A stretch of DNA of 64,000 bases, taken from assembly GCA_963845065.1 (NCBI GenBank), contig CAWJQQ010000003.1, positions 32,001 to 96,000 on the forward strand, read 5' to 3'. Source of the DNA: Nitrospirota bacterium (lineage in GTDB: Bacteria; Nitrospirota; UBA9217). The notes under the pieces are model-generated. The model was not told the origin of the DNA. It did not search any database and worked only from the letters and a program-made list of their open reading frames with translations. Below are positions 52,330 to 63,747 of this stretch, one piece after another. Position 1 is the stretch's first letter. Each line of letters opens with the position of its first letter. Made by a program: the position numbers and the translations under genes.

Positions 52330-53440
52330 TGAATATACCTGAGCCATCGCCGTAGTGCACGATTTAACCATGGAAGTCAATTTCTAATTCGCGCTGGAAT
52401 ACGAAACCGATGTGCTCCCTTTCGCATCATTGAGGCTCAGCAACCTTATATATGAATTCGACAAGACGTATCTGCTTTAGTCCGTCGTCGAACACTTTCA
52501 AGCTAGAGCAGGGCATTGCGGCTTGCCAATGCAAAGAATCAAATATTACTTTGTATGGTTCCACGGTTCAGTCCTTTGACGCCCAATCGCAGTAGTTAAG
52601 CCGTAGTAACCCCGTAGGGGCGTATTGCTCCTGAACTCTTCGTTTACCCGACGTGCAGGCTCTGCCCACTGGTTGTGAAGGGTTAGGCACGCACCACTCC
52701 GTACGCGGTTCTCCCAGCGATTTGTGTAGCTGCTTAATTCTATCAATTATTGAGTAGCTCTCCCGATAACATTCAGATTAGTAATGTTATCGCTTTTATC
52801 ACTGAATATGTCACACCATCACCGTTTCTTACACGAATATATGCCTGATTCAATTAGAAGTCAACGATGACGAGCGGGGGTGTCAATTGGTAGTCGATGT
52901 TAACAAATTCACCTAACTTTACGAGTATGGAAAAATGGAAACACTAACATTTGTGAGAAGGATACTTAAAACTCAACTTATTCAAATTGCTCATATGGTT
53001 TGTTTGACAAGCTGTTTATTCCTCTGTTAATAGTCTTCTCCTAATGCGGTTCTCATAGAGGTAATGCAGATTGTATTACAGTCAAGCAGACAACATATTC
53101 AAAATGTACATCGCACTACAAATTAGAATCGATATTCTTCATCACAATGAAATTAACCTGAATCCTGCGCCATTTAACTAAATATAATGCTACGATCTTT
53201 ATAATAACCCTATATTTATGCGGCTCGATAGTACAATGCACTTGAGGTAGGATGAGAAAAATGGACACCAAAGTCGTGTTAAACTACAATGACGGAGGTA
53301 TCAGGATGAAGGGAATTCCGCAGGGAAGTTACACGAAGGAGTTTTTGAGACAGGCCGGGTCAAACATATCTTGTTTTGGCTCAGCGTGAACTGGACTTTT
53401 AGCCGATTTGAGTTACACTACTCGAACGGAGGAAAAGTCC

Positions 53441-53752
53441 ATGAAGAAAAAGAAACGCCACAACTACACGCCCGAAGAAAAGGTCCTGATTCTCAAACGT
53501 CATTTGACCGAAGGAGTCGCCGTTTCCGCCTTGTGCGACGAGTACCATCTCCAGCCCAAGGTTTTCTACGATTGGCAGAAGCAGTTGTTTGAGAACGCCG
53601 CGACAGCATTCATCCGAGGCACACAGGGCTCCAGCCGAAAAGATCAAAAGCGCATCCAGCAGCTTGAAGAGAAGCTTCAAAAAAAGAATGAAGTAGTGTC
53701 CGAGCTGATGGAGGAGCATGTAAAGTTAAAAAAAGAACTTGGGGAGCTTTAA
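53441..53752 (+). CDS. IS3 OrfA
   Basis: RHNYTPEEKV HTH and coiled coil; A7G slippery site at about 53728-53735. Confidence 0.88.
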   Translation: MKKKKRHNYTPEEKVLILKRHLTEGVAVSALCDEYHLQPKVFYDWQKQLFENAATAFIRGTQGSSRKDQKRIQQLEEKLQKKNEVVSELMEEHVKLKKELGEL

Positions 53753-54816
53753 CCGGCGTCTGGGTTCCCCATGACACAAGAGACGCCATCGTTGACTTTG
53801 TCCAGAAATGGAGCGATAAGACTAAAATCCCGATTACGCATTACATCGGCTGGCTAGCTGTCCGCAAGAGCAAATTCTACACCTGGATCAAACGATACGG
53901 CAAGGTCAACGAACATAATGCCCCCATCCCTCGTGATTTCTGGCTTGAGGAATGGGAACGGGAAGCCATCATTCAGTTCTGTGTGGATAACCCTCTGGAG
54001 GGCTACCGGCGTCTCACGTTCATGATGCTCGACCGGAACGTCGTTGCTGTCAGCCCAGCCAGCGTATGGCGTATTCTTTCAAAAGCGGGGCTTTTAGAGA
54101 GGTGGAACAAAAAGATCAGCAAGAAGGGCACCGGCTTTGTCCAGCCGCTTCTGCCTCACGAACACTGGCACGTAGACGTTTCGTACATCAACATTTGCGG
54201 CACATTTTACTACCTGTGCAGCTTTCTCGACGGATGCAGTCGTTTTATCGTCCACTGGGAGATCCGGGAGAAGATGGAGGAGACGGATATCGAGATCATT
54301 CTTCAAAAGGCAAAGGAGAAGTTTCCAGAAGCGCGCCCCCGCATCATATCGGACAACGGACCACAGTTCCTTGCTAAGGACTTTAAAGAGTTCATTCGAC
54401 TGTCCGGCATGACGCATGTCCGGACATCACCCTTTTATCCGCAGTCAAACGGAAAACTGGAACGGTTCCATAAAACGCTCAAAGGAGAATGCATCCGCCC
54501 GAAGACGCCGCTTTCACTTGACGAAGCCAGGAGACTTGTGGCAGAGTACATCGAGCACTACAATACCGTCCGGCTCCACAGTGCCATCGGCTACATCGCC
54601 CCAGTAGACAAACTGAACGGCAGGGACAAGGATATTTTCAAAGAACGGGATCAGAAGCTTGAAGCCGCCCGGGAACAACGCAGAATCAAGAGGCAGCAAG
54701 CACATCAGAAAACAGTCAGTTCCAGAGAAGATGGCAAATCACTGATTCAAGCGGTCCAACCCGAATGCAGTCAAACACACCATGACTACTGCCGGGACAT
54801 CAACATCATGGTTTGA
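53734..54816 (+). CDS. IS3 OrfB (DDE), expressed by -1 frameshift
   Basis: GYRRL, WHVDVSYI, SDNGPQF, YPQSNGKLERFH, RLHSAIGY. Confidence 0.88.
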   Translation, partial: RTWGALTGVWVPHDTRDAIVDFVQKWSDKTKIPITHYIGWLAVRKSKFYTWIKRYGKVNEHNAPIPRDFWLEEWEREAIIQFCVDNPLEGYRRLTFMMLDRNVVAVSPASVWRILSKAGLLERWNKKISKKGTGFVQPLLPHEHWHVDVSYINICGTFYYLCSFLDGCSRFIVHWEIREKMEETDIEIILQKAKEKFPEARPRIISDNGPQFLAKDFKEFIRLSGMTHVRTSPFYPQSNGKLERFHKTLKGECIRPKTPLSLDEARRLVAEYIEHYNTVRLHSAIGYIAPVDKLNGRDKDIFKERDQKLEAAREQRRIKRQQAHQKTVSSREDGKSLIQAVQPECSQTHHDYCRDINIMV

Positions 54817-55064
54817 GGGAGGTATCTGAGTATGAACAGCCTCAAGAAAATCGATCCTGGGGCATTTATGAAAAGAAAAATCCAACCCTCAAGGATAAAA
54901 GCCCCCTCAAACCAAAAAACAGGATCAGAAGTTTGAAGCTGCCCTGGGAAACGTCCACTCAACAGGCAGGAGACAAACCAGAAAGCAACCAATTATGAAG
55001 AAGAAGGTAATTTACAAAACTCAAGCGGCCTAGCAGTCCATTTCCGACTGAGGCAAAACAATCT

Positions 55065-55990
55065 TTCTTCTTTATCAATGTCCAGGCAACGATCAGGAGT
55101 TTCGAGGCAAGCTTCACTTGCTTTTTGATGCCAATTCATTTCTACTAACTTCGATCTTTAAGCTTATTGGTGTAATAGGTAATGAAATTTGTGTCTCTGT
55201 TGGAGGCAATAAACGCCGTCTGATATTGGGCATTTCGAAGGTCAACCTTGCCCATCTTGGAGATAACCGGCACTGCATTTTATGCTATTTTACCACTTCG
55301 ATCAGCGCACAAATCATAGCCAACCATCTTCAGAACCTGCTTGCCGCAGGAAAACCGGAACGGATTGCCGATCGCACTCAAAACGGTGGGCGATACCTCC
55401 GGACCAAAGCCAGGAATGCTCAATAGGTAGGGATATTCGGGAAACGGTAAGCAGAGGTCTTCAAAGTTCAAAGTCTTGATCGTTTCCCACATGATGGATA
55501 CTCAAGACCATCGTCTCCGCTTCGAATAGAACTGTTTCTCCCGCATGGTAACCGATAGACTGGTGGGCTAATTGCCAGATCTGCTGGAGCAGACGCTATT
55601 GTCTAAAGTTCACCCTCCCCGCCAAAGACCAACTTTGAAAGACCATATTGCGCCATGAGAGCTGCTACCTGCGCAATCAGCTTGCGAAAACTTTCCAACG
55701 TATTGTCAAAGAACATTCCTCTGTACAATGAAGTGCCGATAGCCGCGCCGAAGAATGCGTTGTGCTTCTCCTTGGCGATATCCAGACCGACAATCAAATA
55801 CTCGGTAGAACCGCGAATCTCTTTCTTCAGTTGATGAAATTGCTCAAGTCTGATATTATTAAAGCAGTTCCTAGAAGCCTCCTATCTCTTGAATTTAGTT
55901 CCTCTATAAACGAATTCATAACAGGAGGTTTCTATTTTGGGTAGATTGAAAGTGCACTATCCCTTATGATTAAATGGGAAAGATTAACCT
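55065..55990 (-). pseudogene. IS110-family transposase, heavily decayed
   Basis: IVGLDIAKEKHNAFFG; LLSIPGFGP...IGNPFRF...GYDLCADRSGK; KLASKLLIVAWTL. Boundaries approximate. Confidence 0.75.
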
Positions 55991-56089
55991 CATGCTCTAC
56001 CATATATAACCATATAACCGGAGGAAAACCCCTGTCTTGTTTCTCTGTTTCTCTAACCTGACTGTCCAAACAAAGGGGTGCAATTCACA

Positions 56090-56328
56090 GCAGCCTGATC
56101 CCGATGATCGATGAACTAGTGGCATGGTTCGAGCAGGAATTCAGTGTCCGGCACATCCTGGAGGATGTCGGAGCAATTGATCCCGGTATTGATACCCGCA
56201 ACCGCACGACGCGGTGTTCCAAGATTGTGATGGCGACTTTTGAAAAGGCGATGGAAATACTGACGGCTTATGATGTCGATTTTCAGCAGGCTAAAGTAAC
56301 CACTAAGGACTTTGTTGGGCACAGTTAA
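56090..56328 (+). pseudogene. C-terminal fragment resembling a C-GCAxxG-C-C family redox protein
   Basis: ELVAWFEQEF...RCSKIVMATFEKAMEIL; sits upstream of xdhC. Confidence 0.4.
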
Positions 56329-56441
56329 AACCAGATACGAGATTCATGATTTTGGTTTAAAATACAAACAATGCTCATCAGTGTGTTATACGAAGCTGAA
56401 CTGAGGTTTGATATTGTTAGCTGTGTGAAAGGCGATTATCG

Positions 56442-57509
56442 ATGAAAAGACTGTATCGTGAAATGGCGGATCGCCTGCGCAAGGGAGAGAGCTTCGTGAC
56501 TGCAACAATTTTTGATAAGACCGGATCGACCCCGCGGTCCAACGGTTCAAAAATGGTCGTTCGCAGCGACGGATCAACCGCCGGATCGGTCGGCGGTGGA
56601 CGCCTTGAAGCCGAAGCTCTGCAGCTTGCGGCGGGCATCTTTCAGAGCAAACAATCTCTGATCCAGTCCTTTGACCTTTCCGGTGAGGATGCCGCGGGAA
56701 TGGCGATGATCTGCGGCGGGCAGGGTGAGATCCTGCTAGACTATATCGACGGAAAAGATGAAACAAACTGGGTTCTGTACGATGAAGTTGCGGCGATTCT
56801 CCAGCGAGGGAACAAGGTCTGGTTGATTACCGTGCTTGGCGATCCGAAACAAAAGAACCTACCCGCACGGCAGCAGTGTCTGGTCAGGCATGACGGAACA
56901 ATGATCGGTAAGATCGATGGCGATCCAGGATTTCTTGCGAAGCTTCTGTTAGGACCGGGGAGAATATCCATCCACGCGGAGGTGCGCGAGAACCGGCGCT
57001 TCCTTGTCGAACCTATTCGTCATGGGGGAACGGTCTATATCTTTGGTGCCGGCCATGTATCCCAGAAGATAGCGCCTTTGGCTGAGATTGTCGGATTCAA
57101 AACCGTGGTACTGGATGACCGCAGAGAATACGCGAATCGGGCGAGGTTCGCCGAACCTACGGAAGTCATACTGCTTGAATCGTTTGACCGATTGCCCGAC
57201 TTGGGTATCGACGAGAACAGCTATCTCGTGATAGTGACGAGGGGCCATCTGCATGACAAGGTGGTGCTGGCGCAGGCCCTGAGATCGAAGGCAGGGTATA
57301 TCGGCATGATCGGGAGCCACCGGAAGCGGGACAAGATTTATGAGGTCCTGCTAAAGGAGGGGTTTATCAAGCGCGATTTCGATCTCGTCTATTCGCCTAT
57401 CGGCACCGATATCGGGGCGGAAACGCCCGAGGAACTTGGCGTGAGCATCGTCGGCGAGCTTATCAAGGTGCGTGCGGAGCGGGAACAATGGGGAAGGGGG
57501 GGGAAATAG
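56442..57509 (+). CDS. xdhC: XdhC/CoxI-family molybdenum hydroxylase maturation factor
   Basis: GSTPR, GSVGGG, MICGG, IFGAGHVS, VTRGHLHD, YIGMIGS, PIG...AETPEE. Confidence 0.9.
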   Translation: MKRLYREMADRLRKGESFVTATIFDKTGSTPRSNGSKMVVRSDGSTAGSVGGGRLEAEALQLAAGIFQSKQSLIQSFDLSGEDAAGMAMICGGQGEILLDYIDGKDETNWVLYDEVAAILQRGNKVWLITVLGDPKQKNLPARQQCLVRHDGTMIGKIDGDPGFLAKLLLGPGRISIHAEVRENRRFLVEPIRHGGTVYIFGAGHVSQKIAPLAEIVGFKTVVLDDRREYANRARFAEPTEVILLESFDRLPDLGIDENSYLVIVTRGHLHDKVVLAQALRSKAGYIGMIGSHRKRDKIYEVLLKEGFIKRDFDLVYSPIGTDIGAETPEELGVSIVGELIKVRAEREQWGRGGK

Positions 57510-57960
57510 CGGCTCGCGTATTGGCCGCAAGTTACTCGTCCCGGGGCGCCCAGTTTCAAGCCGCTGTTCTCATTGGGCGATGATACGTTGATCGAAACAG
57601 TTATCAATATCTTTTACGCGGTAGACATCGACGATGTTGTAGTCGTGCTCAGACAACATGCGGTGGAATTGGCCCCGATGCTGGGCCATCTTCGTGTGCG
57701 CCTTGTTCAGAACGATCGCTATCAGGAAGAGATATTATCATTCGTTATTGGGGGCGAAAAGTCCTTTAGTCGGGGACCGGACGTCTTTTTCCTCCTCCCC
57801 GCGGATATGTCGCTCGTACGGTGCCGCACGATATAGACGCTTACGCAAGGCCTATTTGCGAGCTTCGGGGGACGTGATCTATCCCGTGTTTCAGCAAAGC
57901 AGAGGCCATCTCACGATCATCTCAGCCCGCTACAGCTCGGCCATTCTAATCTAGGAAGGT
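57489..57960 (+). pseudogene. MocA-like molybdenum cofactor nucleotidyltransferase, decayed
   Basis: FKPLFSLGDDTLIE...NDRYQE...FFLLPADM...IYPVF..RGH; frameshifts, truncated by IS4. Confidence 0.65.
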
Positions 57961-57982
57961 TGAGAACTGTTGAATAATTAAT

Positions 57983-59280
57983 CACTGCTGTCCAAAATAG
58001 CCTTAGATCAAACAGCCTTCCCGCTATAGATGCGGGTTTTAGACGAGTAAATATGCACTTTCAAAATCAGGTTCCCTTTAAGACTCTCCCATATAACCCG
58101 ATATGCTGTCCAAATCAAGCGAAGTCAACTTGAAGCTTCTCGTGCACGTCTGATTTCGGTAATATATCAAACGGTTTTTCCAACCAGACCCACAAATCGC
58201 GATGGGTAAAGAGATTCATGCGTAACAACGCAACCAAATTGGAGAGAGACCAGTCAAATTTGGATCGTAATTGTAGAAAGCGCAGAACAAGGATTGCAAT
58301 GAGTGCTGTCCAAATCTGAATTTTTACCGCATTGGCGCTGGTCCCTACAAAGGTCTTAATCTTCAGGTTTTGTTTGAGCGCCTTGAAAAACAGTTCAATC
58401 TTCCAGCGATCCTTATAGATGGCGTAGATTGTTGAAGAGCCCAACGTCAAGTGATTCGTCAGAAACACAAAAATCTGATTTTTCTCCAGATCATGCATTT
58501 CAATGCGACGAAGCAGAGAGGGACACTTTTCAACAGCCTTGAGCCCCGTCAAACGGATTATTTCGTCTTTGAGGATACGCCTGCTCTCTGGAACTTTCCG
58601 ACTCTCTACAGCCTTATAGACTGCATTATCCTTCATGCGCGTCACAAAGAAAACACCCAAACCGGTTCATTTCTCAAATAGTTCATAATTACTGTAGCCT
58701 CGATCGTCCACTACAATCGTGCCGGAATCAAACTCCAGCAGATGAGCCACCCTTACGTCGGAAACTTTCCCATCGGTATGACCGCATAGGAAGGAAGATA
58801 ACCGTCATGGTCCAATACGAGATGGAGCTTTACTGCGCCCTTCTTGCGCTGGAACTTCGCCCAGTCATACATCGACAAACACAAATCGATCGTCGAGGAA
58901 TCAAGGCTCATCAGCTTATTTTTGAACCGAAACTTCTTTTTCCCGAGTTTCTGGTCACGACACCTCTGCAACAAAGAAAAGAAGACTTGCTGATACAGCA
59001 CCCAGGGCCGATGCTCCATTGGCATAGGCAAGCGTGGAATGGCTCGGCGCCGTTATCCCCAAAAATGTTTCAACTTGCCTTCACAACTCCGCAGTCCACC
59101 GGTAATCTCTCGTAACGAGTGCGCTCTCCTTAACTGGCAAAGCAACATGAATACGAATTGTCCCCAACATGTAAATCCCTTTGCTCTCCGCTCTGCCTTC
59201 GTTTCCTTCACAGCTTTTTCAAAGTCTATGCGTCTAAAAAGAAATAGAATTTAACTAAAGATACTGGTAAAATTACTCAT
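57983..59280 (-). pseudogene. IS4-family (DUF4372) transposase pseudogene
   Basis: LDSSTIDLCLSMYDWAKF..KGAVKLH, DRGY, YKDRWKIELFFKALKQNLKIK; stops and frameshifts; end CTGCTGTCCAAA. Confidence 0.85.
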
Positions 59281-59340
59281 GTTTTCCTCCGGTCTGGGTT
59301 TTATTTTTGCTCGCAACGACTATATTATAAAACCTGTCCT

Positions 59341-59465
59341 TGAATACCCAGCAGTTCTACTGCTGGGATGAAAAGGACAATCCTGACGAAGTCAGGATAA
59401 GAATCTGATTGGTTTTAGGTTCTATCGGTTTTGATACCCCGCAGCTCTGCTGCGGGATAATTCAC
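59341..59465 (+). mobile_element. IS200/IS605-derived MITE / REP-like element
   Basis: Two related hairpins CCCAGCAGTTCTACTGCTGGG and CCCGCAGCTCTGCTGCGGG, ending ATAATTCAC like an IS605 right end. Confidence 0.6.
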
Positions 59466-59528
59466 TCAGACCGGATTTTTTTTCAAAACCTATTTTGGAC
59501 AAGAGTGATGGTTTTAGGAACGGTGAGC

Positions 59529-60347
59529 ATGAACAAGAAGAAATTTACATGGTGGTATCTTCGTGCGTGCGGGTGCTTAGTCGCATCATGCATTGTTATC
59601 ATATTCTGCTATCCGGGTGTGCTGCGAGCACAAGATTCATCTGCTTTCGTGAAGTCTCTTGCCTCGACCAGTCTGACAATAACCGACTTATCTTCAAAAT
59701 GTCTTGAGTGTCATAAATACTCGGAAAATCATCATCCTTTCGGTATTGTCCCTGCTCATCCTGCCAACTACCCTTTCCCGCTCTATAGCGGGAAAATCAC
59801 GTGTTTGACCTGCCACGTCGAAGACCATTTAGGGAGCGTAAATCTCTTACGAGAAGGTCCGTATATCGACCGGCGGGAGTTCTGCTTTAAGTGTCATGCT
59901 AAGGGAAGAGATGCGAAGATCGATCCTCACATCATGCTGGATGGCCGTGGCAGCGTCCGCAGCGTGGATGGACAACCGGTTTGTCTCTTCTGCCATTCGG
60001 TAAAGCCGAATCAGGCAGCAGACCGGACTGAAAATGTTCTGTTCAGAGCGGATGTCGCCTTTCTTTGCTGGCGCTGTCATCCTCCAATGACAAATTCAAT
60101 TTATTTCGAAGATCATTTCCTGATAACGCCATCAATGGAGATGAAAAGGTTCATGGAAAAACAGGAACAGCGGTTACAAGTGACCGTCCCCCTTGTGCCC
60201 AGAGACCGTATTACGTGCTCAACGTGCCACAATCCTCATCAAAAGGGCGTAATTCTCTATGGTCCTTCCTCCAGCGGGGTCGACGCGCCGCACAGGCTAC
60301 GACTGCCGGTGGATAAAATCTGTATTATCTGCCACAATATTATGTAA
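59529..60347 (+). CDS. Periplasmic multiheme cytochrome c (7 CxxCH)
   Basis: Signal peptide; CLECH, CLTCH, CFKCH, CLFCH, CWRCH, CSTCH, CIICH. Confidence 0.92.
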   Translation: MNKKKFTWWYLRACGCLVASCIVIIFCYPGVLRAQDSSAFVKSLASTSLTITDLSSKCLECHKYSENHHPFGIVPAHPANYPFPLYSGKITCLTCHVEDHLGSVNLLREGPYIDRREFCFKCHAKGRDAKIDPHIMLDGRGSVRSVDGQPVCLFCHSVKPNQAADRTENVLFRADVAFLCWRCHPPMTNSIYFEDHFLITPSMEMKRFMEKQEQRLQVTVPLVPRDRITCSTCHNPHQKGVILYGPSSSGVDAPHRLRLPVDKICIICHNIM

Positions 60348-60649
60348 GATGTCCATTTTGTATTTGGAGCGCACGCCGACGGCAGCGTCACGATAAACGA
60401 TAGTTGCAATATATTTATATATATCGTAAGACTGCATGAAGCTTTTAACCATAGGGGGTTTTGGATTACGTGCTGGTGACCACTTACCGCTTTCAATATG
60501 GGCATATCCTGCCCCAAGATCTTGACCGGCGCACCCTACATTACCAAATCATCCGCAGAAAGCCTCTGGTTTTTAACCATGCGGATGAACGCGGGAACTT
60601 AACTTCCCGACAATTGATAGACAAATGTTCATCTAAATGGTATATTTAA

Positions 60650-62600
60650 CCCATCTTCTACACCTGCCAAAAAATAACTTCGCTAAAACAACATGATAAG
60701 GGCATCGAAAAGTAGCGTGGCACCACACCCTGCCATATTATTCCAACTCGATTATGATGACGAGATTTCAGCACCATTTACCTTTTGTGGTATCACGACC
60801 TTTGGCGGAATCGCCACTCCTGCAGCCTGAAACACCTTTCCCGTATCGCCTTTTAATTCGGTCCTTAAAATAACTTCCTTGCCGTCGCTTGTAATCGTGA
60901 TCTGCTTCAGTTCCTCTAGGTCCCGGAGCATTTCGCCCCACTCAAGCTTCTGCTCATTGCGGCTATCCAATCGCTCCTGTAATTCCTTCATAAGGACAAG
61001 CGCAAGAAAACTACAGAAGACATGGCCCCGAATCGTCTCGTCGCATTTATGATAAATCGGGCGCGTCGTCAGCACCGTTTTGGTGCTCCTGAAGATCTGC
61101 TCCACCATCCACAACTCTTTGTACGCGAGCGCAACCTCGCGCGCAGGCATGGGCATTGATGTCGTGAGGACCCACTTACCGTCATACCGTGCTTCCTGTT
61201 GAACTTTTTCTTCATCGATGACAAAGGCACTGCTGAAGCTCTTCACATATTTACGATACCCTTTGTTGCCAACCAGGCTCTTGCCTCCCTGCTTCAGTTT
61301 CTCCCGAAGAGATGCGATGATGGCTTCTCTATCGGCGGCATCTTTCTTCCGCTGGTCTTCGTTAACGCACACGATATAGCGGCGTTCGCCTACCATGACG
61401 TTCTTCACTTTGAGCGGGGATGGGGCTTTACTCTCCTTGCTTTTAGGATAGACCTCTTCGTATTTCCCTCCGCGGCTCAAAACCTCTTCACTCACTTCCT
61501 TCTGCCGCCGCATCCTCGCTCCCAGAATGTAATCGATCTTTCGCTCATGCAAGTCGGACAGGGTCTTTTCGCTGATCATTCCCCGGTCTGCCACTATGCA
61601 CGCCTGATTGATGCCGAAGCGGAGCCTCAGCCGGTCTATGATCGGCACGAGCGTCTTGACATCGGTTGTGTTTCCGGGCCACAACTCGCAACAAAGAGGT
61701 TTCCCGTGATGATCGATGATTGCGCCGACCACCATCTGCTTGAGATCGGGCCGGTGGTCCTTGGAATGACCGTATGCGCCTATATCCTCGCCGCCCTCTC
61801 CTTCAAAGTAAATGCTCGTGGTGTCGAAAAAGACCAGCCGTAGATCGGCGAATAAATCTCGCCTGCGTCGGAATAGCTCTTCTTCGATCACATCCTTGGT
61901 GCAACGGGGAGAAAATCCGGTGGCCCCTTCCTGATCAGCATTGGAAAGGGGTTCGCCGAGCCATGCCATGGCCCGGTATAAATGGTGCAAATCGATTCCA
62001 GCGGTTCCTTCTATCCGGTAGCCAAGGCACCATTGTTCAGCGGCACGATCTGAACCCGATACGCTCAAACGGTGCAGCACCGTAAGATAAATCGCCCGCT
62101 CGATGGAAAATTGATGTTTGCGCTCCCTGGCTGATGCCTCAAGCACTTTCTGTATTCCCAGCTCTTTCCATAACCGGCCGAATATCATCGGCAGGCCGAT
62201 GCGCCTGGAATCCGTTTCAATCGCTTCTCCCTGTTTATGTGCGTCGATGACCGCGATCTGGTCGGAAAACTTGAGCCCAGACCGCAGCAAGCTATCAAAT
62301 GCTCCTGTTTCCTTGAGCGCATCGAGCCGTCCAAGCGTGGCGATGACTTCCTGCTTCACCTTGCCTTGGTCGCGGCGGTTATGAACGATCTGAAGGTATT
62401 CTCGTGATTCGGAGCGTTTTACCCTGAAGAACATAGCACCACAAATATATCATAATAATTATTAATTGCAAGTTATTTTTATATTAACGTGGCACTACAT
62501 TTTGACCTGTTTTCCAAAAACGTTTTTTGTAACCCTGTGAAATTAAACAACTCCACTCGCGCAAACAGTCCTTTTCTCGGCGGCAACTGTAGAAGATGGG
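60650..62600 (-). mobile_element. IS1634-family element, copy 2
   Basis: Same IRs and 1951-bp length as copy 1; 5-bp TSD TTTAA. Confidence 0.95.
60752..62434 (-). CDS. IS1634-family transposase (protein identical to copy 1)
   Basis: 560-aa ORF identical in the ORF track. Confidence 0.95.
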   Translation of the reverse strand: MFFRVKRSESREYLQIVHNRRDQGKVKQEVIATLGRLDALKETGAFDSLLRSGLKFSDQIAVIDAHKQGEAIETDSRRIGLPMIFGRLWKELGIQKVLEASARERKHQFSIERAIYLTVLHRLSVSGSDRAAEQWCLGYRIEGTAGIDLHHLYRAMAWLGEPLSNADQEGATGFSPRCTKDVIEEELFRRRRDLFADLRLVFFDTTSIYFEGEGGEDIGAYGHSKDHRPDLKQMVVGAIIDHHGKPLCCELWPGNTTDVKTLVPIIDRLRLRFGINQACIVADRGMISEKTLSDLHERKIDYILGARMRRQKEVSEEVLSRGGKYEEVYPKSKESKAPSPLKVKNVMVGERRYIVCVNEDQRKKDAADREAIIASLREKLKQGGKSLVGNKGYRKYVKSFSSAFVIDEEKVQQEARYDGKWVLTTSMPMPAREVALAYKELWMVEQIFRSTKTVLTTRPIYHKCDETIRGHVFCSFLALVLMKELQERLDSRNEQKLEWGEMLRDLEELKQITITSDGKEVILRTELKGDTGKVFQAAGVAIPPKVVIPQKVNGAEISSS

Positions 62601-62612
62601 TTTAACATAACA

Positions 62613-62740
62613 ATGCCACTTAATAAATCTAAAACCCCCTCTTTCATCCATGAGTTTCTAGTCATAACTACCCACAAAGACAACCGAATTCTTGATGTTC
62701 GGCTCGAGGCTGGCCGTCATCTGTATAATGCCTGCCTGGT
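62613..62740 (+). pseudogene. N-terminal fragment of a TnpB-like protein
   Basis: SKTPSFIHEF...ILDVRLEAGRHLYNACL, truncated by the IS110 fragment. Confidence 0.55.
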
Positions 62741-62920
62741 TTCGGCAGTTGCCACTGCTATTGAATTTTTTGCTGAATCGAGACCTACTATTGTGATAGA
62801 ATTCTTCATGACCTGTTTCCTTGTTTGTGGCTCTGTATTTGGACTCCTATTGCATCCAAGTATAACCCACGGTGACAAGGGGCAGGTCACTTTTTTAACT
62901 GTCAACCATTATGTCTAAAG
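62741..62920 (-). pseudogene. IS110-family left end and N-terminal fragment
   Basis: MKNSITIVGLDSAKNSIAVATAE. Confidence 0.65.
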
Positions 62921-63059
62921 AGTTATTGACAGCCTCGGTGGGGAAATAGGGAGAGTCAAAGAATTAAACTTCGATTACCAGCAGCATAGGGCATCGCTTT
63001 CTGTCCGCTGACACAGATAACTGGCTTACAGGCAGGTGTTGATTCTCCCCGTATGCGCA

Positions 63060-63617
63060 GGTCGCCATGCATAAGGAACAGCAATGCATCATCATGGATT
63101 TGACCAAAAAGCACATTGAGAACAGACTATCCTTGAACAGTGACAATCCCGTCTCGAGACAATTTGAGGAGACTTTCTACGGTTATTATGGATGGCCGAC
63201 GTATTGGGGCGACCCAAAAAGTGTGGATCTTATTCTTGTCCCTTCATTGTGCGTGACCGTGATGAATGGAAAGAATCCTGTCAAGGTGAGAAAGCAGCGT
63301 GAGATGCCTATTTGCGCAGCACTCATGATGTGAGTGCCCATCACGTCCAAGCCGCAGACAGCAAGATTGGCCGCGGGAGAAATTTATCATCGATGACGAG
63401 ATGTGGACGATTCGTTCTCTAATCACCGATGCAAAAAACTGGTAGCCGAGGAAAAAGGTACTGGTTTCTCCGATATGGATTGAGCGTGTTAGCTGGGGCG
63501 AGTCGAAAAGTATTTGTCAAGCTTCCCCGCGACATCATCAAGCAATCACCGGTATACCTGAAGGTGTTTCTGCTAACTCGGGCTTATGAGACCTCACTAC
63601 AGCGACATTATAATTGA
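63060..63617 (+). pseudogene. PRC-barrel domain protein, decayed
   Basis: PVSRQFE..YGYYGWPTYWG, LRSTHDV, FIIDDEMWTIR, KVLVSPIWIERVSW fragments in different frames. Confidence 0.7.
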
Positions 63618-63747
63618 CAGGGATGCTGGGTCGCCGAAGGCAGCCGGGAAGCATTTCCTTTGAAGGAATCTCAAGAAAGGCTTACTTGCATGGGTGACTT
63701 CTTCTGCCGAAAAACACAGGACGTGCGACAAAGAAAGACTGAGCCAG

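Larger units (their letters stand above)
53372..55060 (+). mobile_element. IS3-family element, intact
   Basis: IR TGTTTTGGCTCAG..GAACTGGAC / GTCCATTTC..CTGAGGCAAAACA; 4-bp TSD ATCT. Confidence 0.92.

Noticed and set aside
12302..63445. Repeated in-frame TAG codons (12302, 24898, 36834, 57952, ~63443) suggesting amber recoding or pyrrolysine
   Set aside because: TAG also ends normal genes (10810, 11333, 57509). TAA/TGA stops and frameshifts disrupt other relics equally, and each TAG is one substitution from a plausible sense codon. No pyl genes or suppressor tRNA were seen.
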